Of a stretch of 64,000 nt of DNA, positions 26,999-35,953 are shown in pieces. Positions within the stretch are counted from its first letter, which is position 1. Each line of letters starts with the position of its first letter. A model generated the notes under the pieces. It was not told the origin of the DNA, made no database searches, and worked only from the letters and a program-made list of their open reading frames with translations. This stretch comes from a virus, in IMG/VR virus record IMGVR_UViG_3300042878_000903, positions 1-64,000 of that record; one strand, given 5' to 3'. The translations under genes were made by a program, and so were the position numbers.

Positions 26999-27064
26999 TT
27001 AGGATCCCCTAAGTAATGCAATACTTTTGCTTACTTAGTAATTATAACATAATTTTAGTTTAAA

Positions 27065-27253
27065 TTACTTAGGGTTATCTGTTTTGTAAAAACCATTTCC
27101 TTTAAACTTTATGCCAAAAGGACTAAAATGTCTAATCATTTTTGAATTGCATTCTTGACACAAATAACCTGGATCATCTTCTGATATAGATCTTGTTACT
27201 GCAAGAAGTGCGTGTGCATCATCTTGATTACATTTATATTCGTATACTGGCAT
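27065..27253 (-). CDS. FmdB-family zinc ribbon protein
   Basis: MPVYEYKC...C..C...FKGNGFYKTD. Confidence 0.85.
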   Translation of the reverse strand: MPVYEYKCNQDDAHALLAVTRSISEDDPGYLCQECNSKMIRHFSPFGIKFKGNGFYKTDNPK

Positions 27254-27456
27254 TACTTTCTACCCCATTGAATCATATTCCAACCACGTTCGTGTGCATA
27301 GTAGATAAATACTTTAACTACTGTTTCCCAAAACGCAATTGTTACAGAAAGTGAAGCATTCTTTGTTATAACATAAGCAACTGCAACAGATGACAATGTT
27401 CCCCAAATGCGGTAACTTAATGCCTTAGTAAGCGATCTTGCTCTTGTTACTGTCAT
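27253..27456 (-). CDS. DUF2061-like small membrane protein
   Basis: RSL.KALSYR...YYAHERGW. Confidence 0.8.
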   Translation of the reverse strand: MTVTRARSLTKALSYRIWGTLSSVAVAYVITKNASLSVTIAFWETVVKVFIYYAHERGWNMIQWGRK

Positions 27457-27541
27457 TCACCGTCACCATATCCACCATACTTATGTGAAAAGTAAATAAG
27501 AAATAATCCAAACAAAGATAAAGAAATTATTTCTAAAATGT

Positions 27542-28303
27542 TCATATGCCCATCTCCTTGCGTTTTTGTGTAGCAGAAATAGCATGAATATCTGCCCCCA
27601 AATCTACTTGCTCAATCTTATATCCTACATCACGACCATATACGATGTTAGTAATGTTAGGAAGTCTTAATACCAATGCGCCATCCATAAATTCATCCTT
27701 AGCAATATACTCTTTAACCTGATCGAACTTAAGCGGATCTTTTTCACTTGTGTTGTATGTATTACGGACTCCAAGAAGAACTTGGTCTGTTCTCTTCCCC
27801 GCCTCTTTGTAAAGAGCGTGGTGGCCTTCGTGCCAAGGCTGGTATCTCCCTAGCATAAGTGTTGTTGGTGCAGACCAATCGTGTAATTCAAATGTTTTTA
27901 TAAGAATGCTAGCCTTTTCATTTTGATCTAAATCATGGTTGCTAAATTTAAAGTCATATGCTTCTGGCTTTTCAAACATCCTGTTGGTGTCTTCAAAGCG
28001 ACCCTCTGTAATAGTATCCATAAAGATCAAGATATCTGGCTTACCAAATGCCTGTCTGGTGCCTTCTGTGGGACACACAAAATCTACAATTACTGGAGCT
28101 ACACCTTGCTTTGATATTAGTCTAGCCATTTCTCCCATACGACGAGATTGTTCTAGTCTATCTTCTGGAGTAAATCCTAGATCTGAGTTAACAGTTGCTC
28201 TTACTTCATCTGCATTAAAATGAATGGCGTTAATTCTTTCCTTTAAAGCTTTTGCCAACTCTGTCTTACCAGAACCTGGTAGCCCAATAATTTGAATAAT
28301 CAT
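27542..28303 (-). CDS. adenylylsulfate kinase (CysC)-like domain fused to HxGH nucleotidyltransferase (start MIIQII)
   Basis: GLPGSGKT; DLGFTPEDR..QSRR; GRYQPWHEGH; ISAT. Confidence 0.8.
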   Translation of the reverse strand: MIIQIIGLPGSGKTELAKALKERINAIHFNADEVRATVNSDLGFTPEDRLEQSRRMGEMARLISKQGVAPVIVDFVCPTEGTRQAFGKPDILIFMDTITEGRFEDTNRMFEKPEAYDFKFSNHDLDQNEKASILIKTFELHDWSAPTTLMLGRYQPWHEGHHALYKEAGKRTDQVLLGVRNTYNTSEKDPLKFDQVKEYIAKDEFMDGALVLRLPNITNIVYGRDVGYKIEQVDLGADIHAISATQKRKEMGI

Positions 28304-28353
28304 ATCAATCTCTCTGTTAGTGAGCAGTTTAAGGACATACTCAGGTCTCAATG

Positions 28354-28770
28354 TTATTTGATTTTTAAAATTTTAGGCTGTTTCTCTTTAGGTAGATTTC
28401 TAATCATACGGATATTAAGCATTCCGTCTTTTAGCTCTACATTTGAAACTTCCATGTATTCACTTAATTCAAAGATTCTTGTGAACTTACGTGCAGCAAT
28501 TCCTTTGTGAACTACCTCTGCATCTGTTACCTCTGTAATTTCACCTGTAATCCAAAGACTTCCGTCTTCAATTGATACAGTTAGATCTTCTCTTGTAAAT
28601 CCAGCAACTGCCAGCGTAAGCTGATAGTTATCTTCGTCCAGCTTTAGCAAATCATAAGGCGGGAATGCTGTATTGTTTACTTTACTTAAGTTATTAAAAC
28701 GTTCCAACTCTCGGTTGAAACCAATAAAAAATGGATCCTTAAACAGATCCATTGCAAATTGTGTTACCAT
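28354..28770 (-). CDS. small heat-shock protein (Hsp20/IbpA family)
   Basis: FPPYD, LAVAGF, HKGIAARKF.R.F.L, L.DGML.I. Confidence 0.93.
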   Translation of the reverse strand: MVTQFAMDLFKDPFFIGFNRELERFNNLSKVNNTAFPPYDLLKLDEDNYQLTLAVAGFTREDLTVSIEDGSLWITGEITEVTDAEVVHKGIAARKFTRIFELSEYMEVSNVELKDGMLNIRMIRNLPKEKQPKILKIK

Positions 28771-28796
28771 TTTGTGCTCCTTTTAAGCGAGTTAAA

Positions 28797-28834
28797 TTAG
28801 TACCCCCATTTGGCAGGTACTAATGTATTATATC
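28797..28834 (-). promoter_or_regulatory. extended -10 promoter (TGATATAAT) followed by CIRCE-like 9-9-9 inverted repeat
   Basis: TTAGTACCC-N9-AGGTACTAA at 28797-28823. Confidence 0.6.
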
Positions 28835-29604
28835 ATTACCTTTGAAATTATGCTAGTCAATATCTTATCATAATACTTAGGGGTCAAATGATCATTGTAT
28901 GCCATATTTATTGGTTTTTTAAATTGCATGTCTGGCTCTATCCATTCAGCATTAAGAATTTCAGAAATATTAATTGGTTCATCTAAACCAGAGGATATGC
29001 ACTTGCTCTTTAGTTTTTCAGTAAATTCTAAATGATAGGAATATCTATCTTCAAACTGTATTTCTGGGTCACTTGAGAAGACTGACCATTTTGTTGTTGC
29101 TACAACTAAAAATTGTGGCATAGGGTTTATAAATACTATTTTAGACTTTTTAAACTTTTTAATAGTTTTTTCTACATACGCATCAACAACTTGTTCGGTG
29201 TTTTTATAATTATTTAGATTGGTTTGAGGAAGCCAGTTTTTTATATCTATATATCCGTACCATGGCATAACAACACTATCTTTACTGTCCCATTGAGAAG
29301 TATAATCATAAAAATCATAATCTAGATTTAATGCAGATCTTCCTGGTGTGCTTGCTATGCTAATACTTTTGTCTTCAGATTCTATAGATGCTAGGCTATA
29401 GGAAATTACATGAAAATCGTTATTGCCATTTGCATCTATATGATCAACAACTTCCTCGCATATGTTAAAATTTCTGCGAGTATAATCCTTTGGATTCACA
29501 TTTATAAACTTTTCGCTTGGCGCATATTTTTTATACATATTGTCAAATAGTACCTTAGACATTTTGCCAGCGTGTGAATCTCCTGTTATATATAAGGACT
29601 TCAT
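28828..29604 (-). CDS. SGNH/GDSL-like hypothetical protein
   Basis: N-terminal GDSH; C-terminal DHL. Confidence 0.55.
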   Translation of the reverse strand: MKSLYITGDSHAGKMSKVLFDNMYKKYAPSEKFINVNPKDYTRRNFNICEEVVDHIDANGNNDFHVISYSLASIESEDKSISIASTPGRSALNLDYDFYDYTSQWDSKDSVVMPWYGYIDIKNWLPQTNLNNYKNTEQVVDAYVEKTIKKFKKSKIVFINPMPQFLVVATTKWSVFSSDPEIQFEDRYSYHLEFTEKLKSKCISSGLDEPINISEILNAEWIEPDMQFKKPINMAYNDHLTPKYYDKILTSIISKVMI

Positions 29605-29605
29605 G

Positions 29606-30013
29606 TTATTTTTTAGATTTAGACCTGGCTTTAGATAATGCCTCGAAGTCTTTAACCTTAGTGTCTCCTAGATACCCCCAGGCATATCCGTCGTTAATCA
29701 TTTTTTGATTTATTGAAATTTCTGATCCATCTAAAAATACCCACCCAAGAATTCTTCCGTATTTTTCAGATGAGTCCATTTTTTCTGTTTTAATTACAAC
29801 GGTTTTAGATGCATCAATTGCTTTTTTTAAGTACTCTTTAGACTCAAGGCCTAAAGCTTTTTCTATTTTATCTGTAGTACGACTTTCGGGGGTATCAATT
29901 CCAGCTAATCTAACTCTTGAGCTAAAGGAAATGTCAAAGCCAAGGTCTATGTCCACATCAATAGTATCTCCATCAACAACCTTGCTTACTTTTTTTACAT
30001 AATATTCAAACAT
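29606..30013 (-). CDS. thermonuclease (SNase-like)
   Basis: VVDGDT, RLAGIDTPE, KYGR.L. Confidence 0.92.
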   Translation of the reverse strand: MFEYYVKKVSKVVDGDTIDVDIDLGFDISFSSRVRLAGIDTPESRTTDKIEKALGLESKEYLKKAIDASKTVVIKTEKMDSSEKYGRILGWVFLDGSEISINQKMINDGYAWGYLGDTKVKDFEALSKARSKSKK

Positions 30014-30016
30014 GTT

Positions 30017-30628
30017 TTACTCCACGGGATTTTCATATAGATATGCAGAAGTTACAAATCTTTCACCTGAAATAAGAGTTTTAACACCATGCTCTAAATT
30101 ACTAGGGAATATTAATACCGAAGCCGTTTCTGGCTTTACAATTAAATTTAAATCAGGAAATTCTAATTCGCCGCCATCAAAATTTTCGTTAAACCATAGA
30201 AGTGCTGTAAACGCTGGCTCAAGGCCAACTCCACCATCATTATGTGCAAACATAAATGACCCTTCTGTATATTTACGCACAACCATATTTTTTTGATCTA
30301 CCCAAGTACGTTCTGGCATCCAATTTATATCTATATTATTCTCAATTGGCGATGTAATATTTAAAGAAAGCCTTTCTTTATTTTTTTCAACATAATCTTC
30401 AAATACATTTTTAAATATAGCCATGACGTCATAATAATGACTCATATTTGGCCAAACAATCACAGCGGCGCCTTTAATTCCACTATGGCATTCTGTACCA
30501 TCTGGATTTAAACCATTTGTATATTCAAACCAATTGTTTTGTTCTTGTATTTTTTTTAACAATATAGAGATATTTTCATCTACATTTTTATAATACCAGA
30601 TATCCTCCGTCAGCCTAACGTGTTCCAT
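30017..30628 (-). CDS. 2OG-Fe(II) oxygenase
   Basis: HND, FDGGEL.FP, HGV...GER. Confidence 0.85.
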   Translation of the reverse strand: MEHVRLTEDIWYYKNVDENISILLKKIQEQNNWFEYTNGLNPDGTECHSGIKGAAVIVWPNMSHYYDVMAIFKNVFEDYVEKNKERLSLNITSPIENNIDINWMPERTWVDQKNMVVRKYTEGSFMFAHNDGGVGLEPAFTALLWFNENFDGGELEFPDLNLIVKPETASVLIFPSNLEHGVKTLISGERFVTSAYLYENPVE

Positions 30629-30647
30629 TTTTCTCCTTTAAAATAAA

Positions 30648-30744
30648 GAGCAGTTTTTAAAAAGTCATGCTCAGGACTATGTCAGATATTTAACGTCGCT
30701 GTCTCCTCCGACAAATCTGCGACTCCCCGATGAAGGGGTGCAGA
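30648..30744 (-). ncRNA. candidate structured ncRNA or leader (two hairpins plus pseudoknot)
   Basis: TATAAT at 30750-30755; GC-rich paired stems in an AT-rich genome. Confidence 0.5.
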
Positions 30745-30758
30745 ATACTATTATACTA

Positions 30759-31802
30759 CTAAACCCTACTACCAGACTCTCTAGCAGAAGATGGGGAAAC
30801 CTCTATATACTCCAAATTACTTTGAAATTCTTTTATATTAGGCGCACCTGAATATGTAAATGCGCTTCTTATATTATTCAATATATTGTATATGCCTTCT
30901 AATGCTGGGCCTTTAGGATTTACTTCACCAGTAACCCCTTCAAAGCTTATTATAGGATTTTTTACATCCTCTATCCCTTTTTCTTTTAATATATATTCCC
31001 TTGATGCCAATCCACTAAGATAATATTTCCCGTCTATGGATTCGCATTCGTTATGTCCAGCAAGCATCGATCCTAGCATAACAGCACTTGCACCAGCACC
31101 CAAAGCCTTTACTATATCGCCAGAATTTTTAATACCGCCATCTGCAACTATTCCATTTACATAATCATTTTTTACATGTTCATAAATATTCATTATAGAG
31201 GCTAGCGTTGGCGCCCCAAAGCCCGTTACAAGCCTTGTAGTGCAGGCTGCGCCTCCTCCTATTCCTACACGTACAGAATCAGCTCCAGCATCCATTAGCA
31301 TTTTGTATGCACCGTACGACGCTACATTTCCACACATTATATGTGTGCTAGATGGCACCATTGATCTTAAATCAGATACACAATCTGCTGCTAACTTTAA
31401 ATGTCCATTTGCAACATCTAATAAAATAATCTTAATTCCTTTAGAAACAATTATATCTATTGTTTTGCAGTCATAAATATCTGCAGTAGTTATTGTTATT
31501 CCAATTGTATTTTTGTTTATATCACAGGATTTTTTTAACTTTATGTCTAAATTTTCTGACCTACATGTCATTCCAATTGATCCAGATTTATTAAGTGCAT
31601 AAAGCATTTCATAAGAAGATATGGAATCCATTGGAGCAGAAATAATAGGGCCATTAAGATTTAATATTGCATCTGGATTGTTTGGGTTGCCAATTTTTGT
31701 GGTCAGATCTATGTGCGATCTGCTTATTACTGGAGATGAATCATGAGGAATCAATAATATGTCGTCAAAACATAAACCATTAATTGAAGTATTTTTTTTC
31801 AT
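30759..31802 (-). CDS. guaB: IMP dehydrogenase / GMP reductase family (no CBS domains)
   Basis: FDDILL.P, SAPMD, D.A.GH, GNV, VGIGGGAACTTR, ADGGI, MLGSMLAG. Confidence 0.88.
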   Translation of the reverse strand: MKKNTSINGLCFDDILLIPHDSSPVISRSHIDLTTKIGNPNNPDAILNLNGPIISAPMDSISSYEMLYALNKSGSIGMTCRSENLDIKLKKSCDINKNTIGITITTADIYDCKTIDIIVSKGIKIILLDVANGHLKLAADCVSDLRSMVPSSTHIMCGNVASYGAYKMLMDAGADSVRVGIGGGAACTTRLVTGFGAPTLASIMNIYEHVKNDYVNGIVADGGIKNSGDIVKALGAGASAVMLGSMLAGHNECESIDGKYYLSGLASREYILKEKGIEDVKNPIISFEGVTGEVNPKGPALEGIYNILNNIRSAFTYSGAPNIKEFQSNLEYIEVSPSSARESGSRV

Positions 31803-31812
31803 TGCTGGGCCT

Positions 31813-32499
31813 TTACTTTAATATTTTTACAGCTACTGCGTGTTCTGAATAAGCTATATACTTATAGTTTATTGAATTTTGTAAAACAAATTCTTGAAAA
31901 GCTTTATATTCGTGATTTCTCCAATTTGGATAACCAAAGTACTCATCGAATATAATTATTGTGTTTTCCCGAATTAAGTCATTTAAATTGCTTAATGCGT
32001 CAATGGTTGGGTCATACATGTCTGAGTCCATGTGAATTAAATCTATTCCTTCTTTAAAATTATTGTTTTTAAAAAATTCTGGGACAGTATCTTTGTATAA
32101 GCCATTGTAAATAGTAACATTTTTTTTAACCGATGGACTTTTTCCATTTAAATTAAACATACCTTTAGCCAAATTCCAGCCAGACCAATCTTTGTCAAGT
32201 CCTAGGAAAGAATCGAAACCAAACACGGAAGCTTTAGGTAACTCCTTTGCAAAATAATTAATTGAATTACCAGACCAAACTCCAAATTCTACTACAACCG
32301 CTTCGCTTTTGTTTTTTATTAAATTACAACAATATTTTCTTAAGTGTTCTCTATTCGAAAACATCATTGCTTCTTGCATTTTTTCTATAGCATAATTCGC
32401 CGAGTCTTTAGCTGCATGATGCAGTATTTGATACATTACTCCAGGGAAATTTTGTATCCCAAATTCATCTGCAGCTACAATATCTCTTTGAAATTCCAT
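31813..32499 (-). CDS. TylF/MycF-like class I SAM methyltransferase
   Basis: EFGVWSG, FDSF.GL, HMDSD.Y, FDEY. Confidence 0.85.
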   Translation of the reverse strand: MEFQRDIVAADEFGIQNFPGVMYQILHHAAKDSANYAIEKMQEAMMFSNREHLRKYCCNLIKNKSEAVVVEFGVWSGNSINYFAKELPKASVFGFDSFLGLDKDWSGWNLAKGMFNLNGKSPSVKKNVTIYNGLYKDTVPEFFKNNNFKEGIDLIHMDSDMYDPTIDALSNLNDLIRENTIIIFDEYFGYPNWRNHEYKAFQEFVLQNSINYKYIAYSEHAVAVKILK

Positions 32500-32510
32500 A
32501 GAATATTACG

Positions 32511-32981
32511 TTAGTCCTTTAATGATTTCCATGGATTTGGCGGCAACTTAAGGCTTGATTCTAAGAACCAATTCCATTCCATATGTTTTTTAGTTGCTAA
32601 ATTTAAATGTTCAAGCAATGAGAATTGTTTTTGTATCATAGCAAGTTCTGATAAAACCTTTAACTCTTCAATGACTTTTTTATTAATTGGAACCAAATGC
32701 GTTGCCATTTCAACCCCACAGTACGTATCTGGCTTCACATTGCCAAGAGTTTGGTGATATGAAAATTCTTCTAATGTATATGGTGCTTCCGCTCCAAGCC
32801 TTCTTAACCATAATGATGTTTCCATCAAAATTTCGTCGGCAGTGAGATACATTTCTTTGTAGACAATTTGTGATTGTCTCATCAGTACAGATTCTGTATT
32901 AAGATAAAAACCTTTTACCAAATTCATAAATACTACAGAATTAGATTGGAATGATTGTAAAGATTTAATTAATTGTTTCAT
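32511..32981 (-). CDS. Dps/ferritin-fold protein lacking ferroxidase residues, leaderless
   Basis: Dps-like spacing (LRRLG..AP, EM..L, W.L) but HWN replaced by YLN. Confidence 0.6.
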   Translation of the reverse strand: MKQLIKSLQSFQSNSVVFMNLVKGFYLNTESVLMRQSQIVYKEMYLTADEILMETSLWLRRLGAEAPYTLEEFSYHQTLGNVKPDTYCGVEMATHLVPINKKVIEELKVLSELAMIQKQFSLLEHLNLATKKHMEWNWFLESSLKLPPNPWKSLKD

Positions 32982-33030
32982 AATATCAGTATACCATTTT
33001 CTGTTATAAAATTGCTAGTGTTAGCAAATT

Positions 33031-33105
33031 TGGAGCCCCCCGTCAGGATTGAACTGACGACCTACGCATTACAAGTGCGTTGCTCTACCACTGAGCTAGA
33101 GAGGC
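33031..33105 (-). tRNA. tRNA-Thr(TGT) with CCA
   Basis: Canonical cloverleaf; ACGCA-CTTGTAA-TGCGT. Confidence 0.95.
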
Positions 33106-33110
33106 TTTTG

Positions 33111-33184
33111 TGCGACAGGTAGGACTCGAACCTACGATTACCGAATTATGAGTTCGGGGCTTTAACCAACTAAGCTACTGGCGC
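33111..33184 (-). tRNA. tRNA-CAT (Ile2 or elongator Met)
   Basis: CCGAA-CTCATAA-TTCGG; canonical T arm; lacks the initiator GGG/CCC pairs. Confidence 0.88.
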
Positions 33185-33204
33185 CTTAATTCAATTGTAC
33201 TATA

Positions 33205-33441
33205 TTAATGCTGGCTGTCAATAACAGACTCTACTATTTGCTGTACATATTCAGAAAAATGTTTTCTTATATTGCCAGCTGGCCTCGAACCGTATGACTC
33301 CCATATTCTTTTATATTCAATTACATTATCGTATGTTGTTGGACATAAAATAACTTTATTATATTTTTTTAGTGTTGTAGGAAGTGGTACGTGCTTTGTG
33401 CAACATTTACATTCCTTGGCTCTTTCTTGGTACTCGCTCAT
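33205..33441 (-). CDS. hypothetical Cys-rich protein
   Basis: ORF track; ATGA coupling. Confidence 0.7.
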   Translation of the reverse strand: MSEYQERAKECKCCTKHVPLPTTLKKYNKVILCPTTYDNVIEYKRIWESYGSRPAGNIRKHFSEYVQQIVESVIDSQH

Positions 33442-35240
33442 ATTATCTCCATATTTTCTATTGATCTTGCTAAACTTTCAGGCATCCTTGGTGCCCTAAT
33501 CATGTTGTATACGTTTTCAACTTCGCCATCACTGACTCCAAAGTCATTGTCGTAACTCATAGAATCATAGTCATGAATTTTTATTTCTTCGTCTCTACGC
33601 ATTCTAGTTCTACTAATTGAATTATATACTGCTCCGCATACAGCATCTGCCAAATCCTTTGATCCTTTTCTTGGGTGGTCAACTTTATCTCTCATAATTC
33701 TTAATTGAAGTAATTCGTCTATTAGTAGTGGTATATGTGGGCCAGATAATCTTTCTTCTAAAACAACCATTGCCATATCGTCATAGTGTTTTTTAGATAC
33801 TGAAAGAATTTCGGTATTAATACCGTATTTTTTTAATTGTTGCATCATGTCGTGGGAATTCCATCTATCAAATGTGCAAGTTTTTATATTAAACCCTCTT
33901 GTTCTTAAAGACAATATGTAGTCTTTTACTTCTGTAAAATCTACTGATTTGTCTGGAGTTGGAGTCCAAAATCTAACCGCATCAATGTTTACAATTGGAG
34001 CTGGTTGGGAGTATGTATCTGTTACCTTTATGTCAACCCATTTACTTACATGGCCCATTGCAACCGCACAATGATCGTGCTTTTGAGCTAAGTCTACGTG
34101 TATAAAATAATCTTTTTCTAGGTCTGGCTTAAACCAATCTTCAAGTCTTCCAAATTTATCTACGGCTAGACCTGCTTGGTTAAAAGCCTTTTCAATTTTT
34201 TCTCTAGATTTAAAAAATGCATCTACGGCGTCTGATGGCATACAGGCAAATCTGCCAAGTGCATCTGGTGCATTTTTATGAAAAGCAACAGTAAAGTCTG
34301 TTATTTTTTTTGTTGGATTTACTTCCCATGTTGGTCTTTTGAGTGCAAATACTCTGGGGTAAACATAAGAAACTATATGATCTTCCTCCCAGGCTACCTC
34401 AAACTCATTGCCTTCTGTGCCGTTTGGCAAGTCTTGATCTAATTTTAATATCTCTGTCCTAACAATTGTTTCTTTTTCCGCTATGACTGATTCATAAAAT
34501 TTTTGTATTGGATCATTTTTAAATCTAGGAAAAGAAAGCAGGATCACCTTGCCCACATCTGGAAAACGTGAGTCAACTGATGCTCTATACATGTCATATA
34601 TTGCATCGGCTGTTTTAGCCTGATCATGACCGCTAGTATTTTCTGTTGCAAATCCAGATATTTCGTCTAGAATTACTACCATAACGTTATATCCTTCCCA
34701 GGCTTCTCTTTCTGAGTGTCCAGAATGAACTGTTATAGATTTATCAAATTTAATTTCTGAAGCTTTGTCTGTATATTTACCAGCAAACCAAGGAGAGTTT
34801 TCAATTCTCATTTTAAATCCTTTAAAAAAAACATTATTAGCCTGCTGTGCGTTAATAGCAATATTTAATATGTCTATGGCATCTTTTGGCGGCTTTCCAT
34901 AATATGCCGCTGGATCTTTAAGACACAATAACAAATAAACAATGTAAGCTACAGAAATTGTTGACGAGTAATCTTTTCCAGAGCCTTTACCCAACTGAGC
35001 AATAACCTCAACACATGTTTGATTAAACACATGTTTGCCTAATTCTTCTCCATAAAGCTTAATGAGAGTAGACTCTTTGTATATTTGAGAACTTTTTTCA
35101 ATAAGCGTATATTGATTTTCTGAAAGTGGTGGTAGTCCCAAGTAATCTGGGCTTGTTACAAAAGTCCGTAGGTCTACTGGCTTTTGCTCAAACTCGTCTC
35201 CATCTAATATGTCTATGAACTCTGAAAAATCAAATGACAT
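33438..35240 (-). CDS. terL: terminase large subunit
   Basis: GKGSGKD Walker A, VILDE Walker B, HVDLA and KDLADA nuclease motifs. Confidence 0.9.
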   Translation of the reverse strand: MSFDFSEFIDILDGDEFEQKPVDLRTFVTSPDYLGLPPLSENQYTLIEKSSQIYKESTLIKLYGEELGKHVFNQTCVEVIAQLGKGSGKDYSSTISVAYIVYLLLCLKDPAAYYGKPPKDAIDILNIAINAQQANNVFFKGFKMRIENSPWFAGKYTDKASEIKFDKSITVHSGHSEREAWEGYNVMVVILDEISGFATENTSGHDQAKTADAIYDMYRASVDSRFPDVGKVILLSFPRFKNDPIQKFYESVIAEKETIVRTEILKLDQDLPNGTEGNEFEVAWEEDHIVSYVYPRVFALKRPTWEVNPTKKITDFTVAFHKNAPDALGRFACMPSDAVDAFFKSREKIEKAFNQAGLAVDKFGRLEDWFKPDLEKDYFIHVDLAQKHDHCAVAMGHVSKWVDIKVTDTYSQPAPIVNIDAVRFWTPTPDKSVDFTEVKDYILSLRTRGFNIKTCTFDRWNSHDMMQQLKKYGINTEILSVSKKHYDDMAMVVLEERLSGPHIPLLIDELLQLRIMRDKVDHPRKGSKDLADAVCGAVYNSISRTRMRRDEEIKIHDYDSMSYDNDFGVSDGEVENVYNMIRAPRMPESLARSIENMEII

Positions 35241-35771
35241 TTAAGCCTCTTGAGATATTATAATAGGCTCTACGATTCCAGTAATCTGAGACAATCTTTT
35301 AGCAACTTCTACTTTACAGTGATTGCAGCTAGATGTAACTTCTTTTAATATGCCAACTAGCATATCTTGCTTTTTTTCATTTTCTAATATTTGCGATGCA
35401 ATTTCATTATTTTCAAGAACTCCTACTGACTGCAACATTGCGATTCTTTTGCCTTCTATGTCTGCAATTAGTTTTAATGTTCCAGACTTTACGTTAAGTT
35501 GGCCTTGAGTGTCTGCATCCTCTACTGTTTTCCATGCCTCTTTAATTAATATATCATAGTGTTGGTCTGCTCCAAGAAGGGCTTCTCTAGCACGTTCTCT
35601 AACATTAGTATCATTGTGGACCACAGACTTCCACTCATCAATATACTCTAAAACATCTTTTCTGTTCATACCAGTTATGGTGGCAATTTGTGTAGCTGAA
35701 TTACCCTTTAACAACTCTGAAACAACTTTATTCATTTTGTCAAAGTGGATGGATGGCTCTATTTCTGTCAT
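35241..35771 (-). CDS. HTH protein, probable terminase small subunit, leaderless
   Basis: N-terminal HTH plus helical body; directly upstream of terL. Confidence 0.65.
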   Translation of the reverse strand: MTEIEPSIHFDKMNKVVSELLKGNSATQIATITGMNRKDVLEYIDEWKSVVHNDTNVRERAREALLGADQHYDILIKEAWKTVEDADTQGQLNVKSGTLKLIADIEGKRIAMLQSVGVLENNEIASQILENEKKQDMLVGILKEVTSSCNHCKVEVAKRLSQITGIVEPIIISQEA

Positions 35772-35777
35772 TAAATG

Positions 35778-35806
35778 ATTATACTTCTAGTCAACCAAAA
35801 TGTCAA
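35778..35806 (-). promoter_or_regulatory. perfect promoter TTGACA-17-TATAAT
   Basis: Direct consensus match. Confidence 0.85.
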
Positions 35807-35953
35807 TTAACGCCTAGGTTTTATACCAAATTTTTCTATATATCTCTGTATAGTCATGGCTGATACACCACATTCCCTAGATATTTCTACAATAGTCTTT
35901 TTCTGAATATTATATCTATTATAAAGCCAGTCTTTATTTTGATAAAGTTTCAT
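35807..35953 (-). CDS. 48-aa HTH protein (not in ORF track)
   Basis: KDWL..RY....KT..EI..ECGVS..TI..YI..FGI. Confidence 0.7.
   Translation of the reverse strand: MKLYQNKDWLYNRYNIQKKTIVEISRECGVSAMTIQRYIEKFGIKPRR

Noticed and set aside
7352-32981. Bacterial chromosome or prophage flank, given the many metabolic genes
   Set aside because: Genes are singletons interleaved with phage-type ORFs, co-oriented with terminase and tail genes, and share the same promoter style; no integrase, att site or housekeeping operon seen
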